A stretch of 4,117 nucleotides of DNA from the IMG/VR virus record IMGVR_UViG_3300018467_000009; one strand, written 5' to 3'. Both the position numbers and the translations under genes were made by a program. A model generated the notes under the pieces. That model worked only from the letters and a program-made list of their open reading frames with translations. It was not told the DNA's origin and did no database searches. Below, piece after piece: positions 1-4,117 of the stretch. Source of the stretch: a virus (lineage: Duplodnaviria; Heunggongvirae; Uroviricota; Caudoviricetes). How positions within the stretch are numbered: the stretch's first letter is position 1; every line of letters starts with the position of its first letter.

Positions 1-52
1 CCTTTAAATATTGTTGGAACAAACAATTTAATATCGCTGTCTGTTTCATCAT
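1..52 (-). CDS. Probable 5' end of the next late gene (expected tail-completion region), first 17 codons only
   Basis: Minus strand ATGATG at 47-52 starts an open frame 'MMKQTAILNCLFQQYLK' that runs off the window. AGGGG lies 7 nt upstream of the first ATG. Too short to assign a product; the call rests on position after the FII-like gene. Confidence 0.3.
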   Translation of the reverse strand, partial: MMKQTAILNCLFQQYLK

Positions 53-130
53 AAGGAGGCCCCTGCACTAATAAATCATGGAAAACCTCATGTTCCAACC
101 GATTTTTTATTGCATCTATCAAAAGATTAA

Positions 131-475
131 TCAAATCGGCATTCCTCTGTTAGTATTAACAGTGAGAGTTATTTCCAATACACCAACATTATCTGATACT
201 TCATCAACAATATAATTTTTACCGTTGATTTTCATTGACTGGTCTTTGACAGGGAGAACAGGAAAATCTTTTCTTGAAACAAATAATATTATTTGCCCCT
301 GATTTATTCCCTCTGCAAACTCAGCATATGAGCGTTTATTACGCTCATGAATAAGGTCTGTATCAATAACGGCAAGGATATCCTTGCCGTCTATGTTATA
401 TGTATCGGCAAACTCTTTTTCATTGAGGAATATTGCAGAAATATCTTGCGCTATAACCTCTTTGAAGGAGTTCAT
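131..475 (-). CDS. Head-tail joining (head completion) protein, lambda gpFII-like
   Basis: 114-aa ORF (lambda FII is 117 aa). C-terminal half 'IILFVSRKDFPVLPVKDQSMKINGKNYIVDEVSDNVGVLEITL' parallels lambda gpFII 'SLFVRTDEVRQLRRGDTLTIGEENFWVDRVSPDDGG' (LFV...I..-aromatic-hydrophobic-D.VS-D.G). Start ATG at 473-475 overlaps the upstream stop by 1 nt (TAATG). Stop TGA at 131-133. Confidence 0.7.
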   Translation of the reverse strand: MNSFKEVIAQDISAIFLNEKEFADTYNIDGKDILAVIDTDLIHERNKRSYAEFAEGINQGQIILFVSRKDFPVLPVKDQSMKINGKNYIVDEVSDNVGVLEITLTVNTNRGMPI

Positions 476-867
476 TACTTCTTATTACCTTTTTTTTGCG
501 TTGATTTTTTCGCATTACTGGTATCAGAAGTAGCTACAGATTCAGATGAATCATCAGCAACCATTTCCTCATTGCCGCCATCATCCTCAAACTCAACCTC
601 GAATACACAGCTACCCGCCTCCGTTCGCGTAATCAACCCCGCGTCCACAGCATCATTAACAGCAGATGCGTATCCATGCTCAAAAGCTAACTTAGCAGCA
701 TCATAGCCCCCAGCCGATGCCAAATCACCATCCTCTTCGGTGGCAATAGCATGTCCTGACGCTATCAGTTCGGCAATTCTGGAGTTATCCATTAGCCCAT
801 TAAGCAAACGGCCCGCTTTTAGCGAGCCGTGGCTTATCGTATCAATGTTTTTAATCAGTCTGGCCAT
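475..867 (-). CDS. Small acidic head-module protein of unknown function in the gpFI position
   Basis: 130-aa ORF, translationally coupled at both ends (TAAATG upstream, TAATG downstream). About 23 Asp/Glu, an acidic stretch 'FEVEFEDDGGNEEMVADDSSE' and a Lys-rich tail 'KKSTQKKGNKK'. No motif I can recognise. Its position matches lambda FI and the Gifsy-type gene that I recall carrying a legacy 'DNA breaking-rejoining protein' annotation; I cannot confirm homology from sequence. Confidence 0.6.
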   Translation of the reverse strand: MARLIKNIDTISHGSLKAGRLLNGLMDNSRIAELIASGHAIATEEDGDLASAGGYDAAKLAFEHGYASAVNDAVDAGLITRTEAGSCVFEVEFEDDGGNEEMVADDSSESVATSDTSNAKKSTQKKGNKK

Positions 868-1911
868 TTAAACCACCTTAGCCACCAGATAGGCATCAGC
901 CACACCAGGATTAGGCAGTGGAGATGACTTCATGGCAACATAACGGCCAGCCGGCTTACGAGTTACCCAGGTGTCTGGAACTCGTGGCGACTCAACAATC
1001 GTTAGAGTCTTTTCGGCGTCATCTACAAGCTCTACAGCACCATACAGCATCGTTCCTCGACCAGGAGAGCCAAAGAGGATCTTATCTTCCGGTACTAATG
1101 GTTCTGGTTTTCCTGTTTTATCATTGCGAATAAGTTCGTCGTAACCATAAAAATCGACACCTTCAAGATTGCCATAATGAGTTACGCCTTCTTCTAACTC
1201 CTTAGGCTCAATATACCCAAGCTCTTTTCGGCGATTATCAAGATATTTAGTTACTGCTTCATTTTTAACGAAGGCATCAACAACTTTTGCGCCCATTACG
1301 GCAACACGAGGTGTAAAACCTGAAGTTAGTGATACCCGACGTTTCCAGTTGCGAACATTGACCAACGGATCTGATTTTGCTGCACTCCATAAATCATCAC
1401 CTGTCAGTTCAAGATATGGTTTATCTCCTTCCTCTTCAGGCCAAAAATAAACTGTGTCATCCACTCCTTCACCAACAATATCAACCTGCCCCGTAAACAA
1501 GACTTGTGCACACATCCATTCTTCACGGCGGTTAACCATTTCATCAAGCTCAAGCAAATCTTTACCTAATTGCGCGGCGGCTCGTTCTGCTGGCGATTTT
1601 GCGTTGTAAATATTCTCACCCGGAAGCCTGTTTAAAAGCAGCTCGGCTGTTGTTACCAAATCAGGTGCAACAAGTGGTGGCTCCAGAGTTCTCGTTACAA
1701 AGCCGCGTCGCTCAACGGTTTTTGAGCCAAAACCTTTACCAACAAACGGAGCCATAGTACGGCCACCGCGAACAAAATCCAGATCAACTTTCTTTGTATT
1801 AAAGGTCTGAACACCAGGAAAAAAGGTACGAAGAAGAAAACGACGAGCCTTGAAATTCTGAATAACAGGCTCAAGCATTGTACGTCGTTCAAAAATATCA
1901 ATATTCGGCAT
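868..1911 (-). CDS. Major capsid protein, lambda gpE family
   Basis: 347-aa ORF, close to lambda gpE (341 aa), placed directly after a gpD-like gene and preceded by a good RBS. Overall length, position and composition fit the lambda E-type capsid family. Assignment is by synteny plus by-eye similarity, not alignment. Confidence 0.85.
   Translation of the reverse strand: MPNIDIFERRTMLEPVIQNFKARRFLLRTFFPGVQTFNTKKVDLDFVRGGRTMAPFVGKGFGSKTVERRGFVTRTLEPPLVAPDLVTTAELLLNRLPGENIYNAKSPAERAAAQLGKDLLELDEMVNRREEWMCAQVLFTGQVDIVGEGVDDTVYFWPEEEGDKPYLELTGDDLWSAAKSDPLVNVRNWKRRVSLTSGFTPRVAVMGAKVVDAFVKNEAVTKYLDNRRKELGYIEPKELEEGVTHYGNLEGVDFYGYDELIRNDKTGKPEPLVPEDKILFGSPGRGTMLYGAVELVDDAEKTLTIVESPRVPDTWVTRKPAGRYVAMKSSPLPNPGVADAYLVAKVV
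873..879 (-). promoter_or_regulatory. Shine-Dalgarno site for the FI-position gene, inside the 3' end of the capsid gene
   Basis: Minus strand reads GCT AAG GTG GTT TAA ATG. AAGGTGG is 5 nt upstream of the ATG at 865-867; the capsid stop TAA (868-870) abuts that ATG. Confidence 0.65.
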
Positions 1912-1920
1912 AAAAATACG

Positions 1921-1927
1921 ACCTCTT
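1921..1927 (-). promoter_or_regulatory. Shine-Dalgarno site for the major capsid protein gene
   Basis: Minus strand reads TAA TATAAAGAGGTCGTATTTTT ATG. AAGAGGT lies 9 nt upstream of the ATG at 1909-1911, in the 20-nt gap after the decoration gene stop. Confidence 0.7.
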
Positions 1928-1931
1928 TATA

Positions 1932-2315
1932 TTATGCAGATGGATTTTGTTGTGCGGTATTAAGGAATATCCCAACCTTCCGGCAAGCCAGATATACATC
2001 GGCAATCTTTGCTGATTCAGGAAGGATAACCGCATGTGCATTGAACATTCCGGTCAGCCATGCTGTTCCAACTTGCGCTGAATCAGTCGCATCAATACTA
2101 TGTTGAGCGATACAATACGGTTCTTTTGCCACCCCCTCACCAGAGAGATTTATTGGTGCCACAGTGACAACATTTGTTGTCTGATCAATACTGACAAAAG
2201 CAAGCAACTCACCTCGATTTACTTTACCGCTGGCAAGTTTAATACTTGTTGTAATTGCTGGCATACCACCAGAAATAATCAGATTATCTGGTTCAAATGA
2301 AAAAGACTCTCGCAT
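1932..2315 (-). CDS. Head decoration protein, lambda gpD-like
   Basis: 127-aa ORF between protease/scaffold and major capsid, the same position as lambda D. C-terminal 'GMFNAHAVILPESAKIAD...GIFL' parallels lambda gpD 'GTFRYEDVLWPEAASDE...' (G-x-F-x4-V-x2-PE-x-A). Strong RBS upstream. Stop TAA at 1932-1934. Confidence 0.7.
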   Translation of the reverse strand: MRESFSFEPDNLIISGGMPAITTSIKLASGKVNRGELLAFVSIDQTTNVVTVAPINLSGEGVAKEPYCIAQHSIDATDSAQVGTAWLTGMFNAHAVILPESAKIADVYLACRKVGIFLNTAQQNPSA

Positions 2316-2318
2316 AAA

Positions 2319-2326
2319 CTCACCTT
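2319..2326 (-). promoter_or_regulatory. Shine-Dalgarno site for the decoration protein gene
   Basis: Minus strand reads AAT TAA GGTGAG TTT ATG. AAGGTGAG overlaps the protease stop codon and ends 3 nt before the ATG at 2313-2315. Confidence 0.7.
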
Positions 2327-3413
2327 AATTTTTATCGCGGTTTTTAAATACTGACCCAATAACATTTTTTACTACTTCAGCTTGTTTATCGCCGTTGTTT
2401 TCTGGTTGATTAACATCAACTGAATCATTCACCTCATTTGCGTCTTCTTGCCGTTGATTAAGAAAGTTTTTGTTACGCGCTCGCTCTGCATTCATAATTT
2501 CCAAAGCAAGTTCAGCCGCAGAAATTCCCGTTTTGAATTTTGCATTCTTAACCAGGTCGTCATGACCTGGAATTACGCTATTCTCGATTGTTTCAATGCG
2601 CTCGCGTTCTGATTTAACGCCCTCGTCTTTACCAGCATTAAAAACCTGATTGTATAATTCTGGATGTTTATTTTTTAATTCATCAAGAGTCACAACATCG
2701 TCCTCATTTTGTTCATTTAATTCAGTAGATAATTCATTTTTATTTTGTGGCAACTTTGCGAGCGAATCAGGTAATTTTGAAAACCTTGATGCTTCAAAAG
2801 TTATTCCATTGAGCGAAAGCATCCCTTCCTTTATAGAAGCGGATAAGCGCATTGGTTTTTCAACTTCGTCAGCAAATCCAAGCTCTACAGCCTCTTCTGC
2901 ATTTAGCCATGTTTCCTGATCCATTAGTTCAATTAATTTATCCTCAGAAAGCCCTGTTTTCTCCTTATATGCAGATAAAATACTATCTCGTATCTTATCC
3001 ATCATCTCAGCAATATCACGTAGTTCATCCGCATCACCAGCAGCAAATGTCCACGGATTATGGATCATCATCATAGCATTAGATGGGATAACAACTTTAT
3101 CACCTGCCATTGCAATAATGGTTGCAGCCGATGCAGCAATACCATCAATATAAACAGTAATATTAGCCTTATGACGTTTTAATGAAGAAAGAATAGCTTG
3201 AGCAGTAAAAACAGAACCACCATAACTATTAATTTTTACGTTGATAGCATTTGATGATATATCCTTTAATTTATTAACTATGTCAGAAGAAGAAACCTCA
3301 TCAAATTCGCCAATATATCCGTAGATTAAAAGTTCAGCCGGAGAGTCATCTTCACCCGTGCTATTTTTTATTTCCCACCAATTAGGCATCATCTGTCTCC
3401 ATATTTTGTTCAT
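2325..3413 (-). CDS. Prohead maturation protease, ClpP (S14) family, fused to a C-terminal charged scaffold-like domain
   Basis: 362-aa ORF. Residues 57-120 ('INVKINSYGGSVFTAQAIL...YIDGIAASAATIIAMAGDKVVIPSNAMMMIHNPW') match the ClpP fold: GG oxyanion region, catalytic Ser in 'GIAASAA', His in 'MMIHNP' (compare E. coli ClpP 'INSPGG...GQAASMGA...VMIHQP'). The C-terminal ~170 aa is E/K/N/D-rich and low in hydrophobics, typical of scaffold domains. Start is ambiguous: ATG at 3411-3413 has GAGG only 3 nt upstream; in-frame ATGs at 3390-3392 and 3387-3389 follow GGAG with 4 and 7 nt spacing. Stop TAA at 2325-2327. Confidence 0.85.
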   Translation of the reverse strand: MNKIWRQMMPNWWEIKNSTGEDDSPAELLIYGYIGEFDEVSSSDIVNKLKDISSNAINVKINSYGGSVFTAQAILSSLKRHKANITVYIDGIAASAATIIAMAGDKVVIPSNAMMMIHNPWTFAAGDADELRDIAEMMDKIRDSILSAYKEKTGLSEDKLIELMDQETWLNAEEAVELGFADEVEKPMRLSASIKEGMLSLNGITFEASRFSKLPDSLAKLPQNKNELSTELNEQNEDDVVTLDELKNKHPELYNQVFNAGKDEGVKSERERIETIENSVIPGHDDLVKNAKFKTGISAAELALEIMNAERARNKNFLNQRQEDANEVNDSVDVNQPENNGDKQAEVVKNVIGSVFKNRDKN

Positions 3414-4117
3414 TTACCTCAGAAACAGGAGGCGTAATCAGCCCCAACTCACGGCGAGCATTCTCTTCTCTGCCACAAATTTGTGCGGTTTCTTCCCAGT
3501 TAAGACCTGACATTTCAGCCGCTTCCTTTTCACGGGTAGAGAATGTTTCCTCAACACGCAGTTTTGCAGCTTTGACTTCTTTAAGGGGATCTAATTGGCC
3601 TTGTGATGGGCCATACCATTGAGCGCCACTCCATGCAGCGCGATATTCAGGCCCATAAAAAAAACCAGGGGCAATAACACGACCTTTAGCAACGGCTTCG
3701 GCCAACCATTCCTCATAGATCGGTTGGCAAAATGACTGAACCATCCAGTCACGTCGCATACGGAACATTTTCCAGGCTTCAAGTAATGCGGCCCTGCTTG
3801 CGCTATAACTTGCTGTAAAATGCTTTACCAAGAGTTCGTAAGGGAGTTCTAAAGCAGCCCCAATTTGACGGCATATGGCGACAACAAAACCATCAAATGC
3901 CGTATTTGGTCGCCCGGGATTTGCTGTATCTATCGACTCACCTTCACCCAAACTTACTATGGAGCCATTCCCCATTTCTTGGGTGTTATCATCATGGTTA
4001 TCGATCTGCTCGTACTGAGGGATACCCGATTCACCGACTGGTCCATCAGGAGCGTCTGTTTTAATAAAGACAGTAAACATCCCTGACAAGATCGAAAGAG
4101 AACACATCTGAACTACA
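3382..4117 (-). CDS. Phage portal protein, lambda gpB-type; C-terminal 241 aa only, N-terminus lies beyond the window edge
   Basis: Minus-strand ORF stays open to the window edge (no stop in frame between 4107 and 4117), so the ATG at 4105-4107 is probably internal. It sits immediately upstream of the prohead protease, as in lambda B-C. The segment 'YEEWLAEAVAKGRVIAPGFFYGPEYRAAWSGAQWYGPSQGQLDPLKEVKAAKLRV' resembles the conserved C-terminal region of lambda-family portals as I recall it. Stop TAA at 3382-3384. Confidence 0.8.
   Translation of the reverse strand, partial: VVQMCSLSILSGMFTVFIKTDAPDGPVGESGIPQYEQIDNHDDNTQEMGNGSIVSLGEGESIDTANPGRPNTAFDGFVVAICRQIGAALELPYELLVKHFTASYSASRAALLEAWKMFRMRRDWMVQSFCQPIYEEWLAEAVAKGRVIAPGFFYGPEYRAAWSGAQWYGPSQGQLDPLKEVKAAKLRVEETFSTREKEAAEMSGLNWEETAQICGREENARRELGLITPPVSEVNEQNMETDDA

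Noticed and set aside
53-80. Perfect plus-strand AAGGAGG (53-59) that could suggest a plus-strand gene start
   Set aside because: The nearest plus-strand ATG (78-80) is 18 nt downstream, too far for a functional Shine-Dalgarno site. It opens only a 45-codon ORF antisense to the FII-like gene. The motif is the complement of the minus-strand CCTCCTT just upstream of the next minus-strand gene.
478-497. Possible programmed frameshift at the A8 run (coding strand, plus 490-497) near the 3' end of the FI-position gene, fusing it to the FII-like protein
   Set aside because: Checked by hand: the FII frame upstream of its ATG has an in-frame TAA at 482-484, so a -1 slip at the A-run terminates after a few codons and cannot make a fusion. 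The A8 run simply encodes the Lys-Lys of the basic tail.
347-706. Plus-strand 119-aa ORF antisense to the FII-like and FI-position genes
   Set aside because: Fully embedded opposite two coupled minus-strand genes, low-complexity S/T/L-rich translation, no convincing RBS. Typical antisense shadow ORF.
918-1133. Plus-strand 71-aa ORF inside the major capsid gene
   Set aside because: Antisense to a well-supported capsid CDS; no RBS; composition not protein-like.
1695-1901. Minus-strand 68-aa ORF in an alternative frame within the major capsid gene
   Set aside because: Overprinted on the capsid N-terminus; translation is a hydrophobic F/L/V run consistent with a frame-shifted read of coding sequence; no independent start signal.
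2100-2300. Plus-strand 66-aa ORF antisense to the decoration protein gene
   Set aside because: Embedded antisense ORF, Cys/Trp-rich odd composition, no RBS.
2650-3076. Two overlapping plus-strand ORFs (2650..2919 and 2852..3076) antisense to the protease/scaffold gene
   Set aside because: Both lie inside the protease CDS on the opposite strand, with Ser/Phe-rich or Gln/His-rich low-complexity translations expected from the reverse complement of an AT-rich, K/E/N-rich gene.
3591-4086. Minus-strand 63-aa ORF (3591..3782) and plus-strand 73-aa ORF (3865..4086) within the portal gene
   Set aside because: Alternative-frame or antisense ORFs nested in the portal CDS; no start signals; the portal frame is the only one with recognisable conservation.
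1-4117. Embedded defence system, toxin-antitoxin pair, moron or other accessory cargo
   Set aside because: The minus-strand head genes tile the window with gaps of 9, 20 and 78 nt only; no unexplained ORF has a credible start signal. Nothing supports a novel inserted system.
1-4117. CRISPR array, tRNA, rRNA, IS element ends or attachment-site repeats
   Set aside because: No regularly spaced direct repeats, no cloverleaf-capable conserved tRNA motifs in the tiny non-coding fraction, no terminal inverted repeats or transposase-like ORFs.
1-4117. Capsid-forming phage satellite (cf-PICI-like) rather than a full prophage
   Set aside because: The module has a gpD-like decoration protein, a gpE-type capsid and a gpFII-like head-tail joining gene followed by another late gene, which points to a complete lambdoid head-tail arrangement. 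Flanking context is needed to exclude a satellite formally, and nothing in the window argues for one.

Overview
The window is almost entirely coding (about 97%) on the minus strand and reads as the head-morphogenesis module of a lambdoid (lambda/Gifsy-type) tailed prophage. In transcription order (high to low coordinate) it holds: portal (C-terminal 241 aa only, the gene runs off the window at 4117), a ClpP-family prohead protease with a charged C-terminal scaffold-like extension, a gpD-like head decoration protein, a lambda gpE-type major capsid protein, a small acidic protein in the gpFI position, a gpFII-like head-tail joining protein, and the first 17 codons of the next gene. Genes are tightly packed with Shine-Dalgarno motifs and stop/start overlaps (TAATG, TAAATG), so this is one translationally coupled late operon. 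I find no RNA genes, CRISPR array, mobile-element ends or inserted cargo, and there is no free space for an embedded defence or accessory system. I therefore do not see a previously undescribed system here. The points worth a second look are a candidate internal in-frame start that would make a nested Nu3-like scaffold protein, the unrecognised acidic protein in the FI slot, and a marked GC mosaic between adjacent genes. All family assignments are from by-eye motif comparison against remembered sequences, not from a search.
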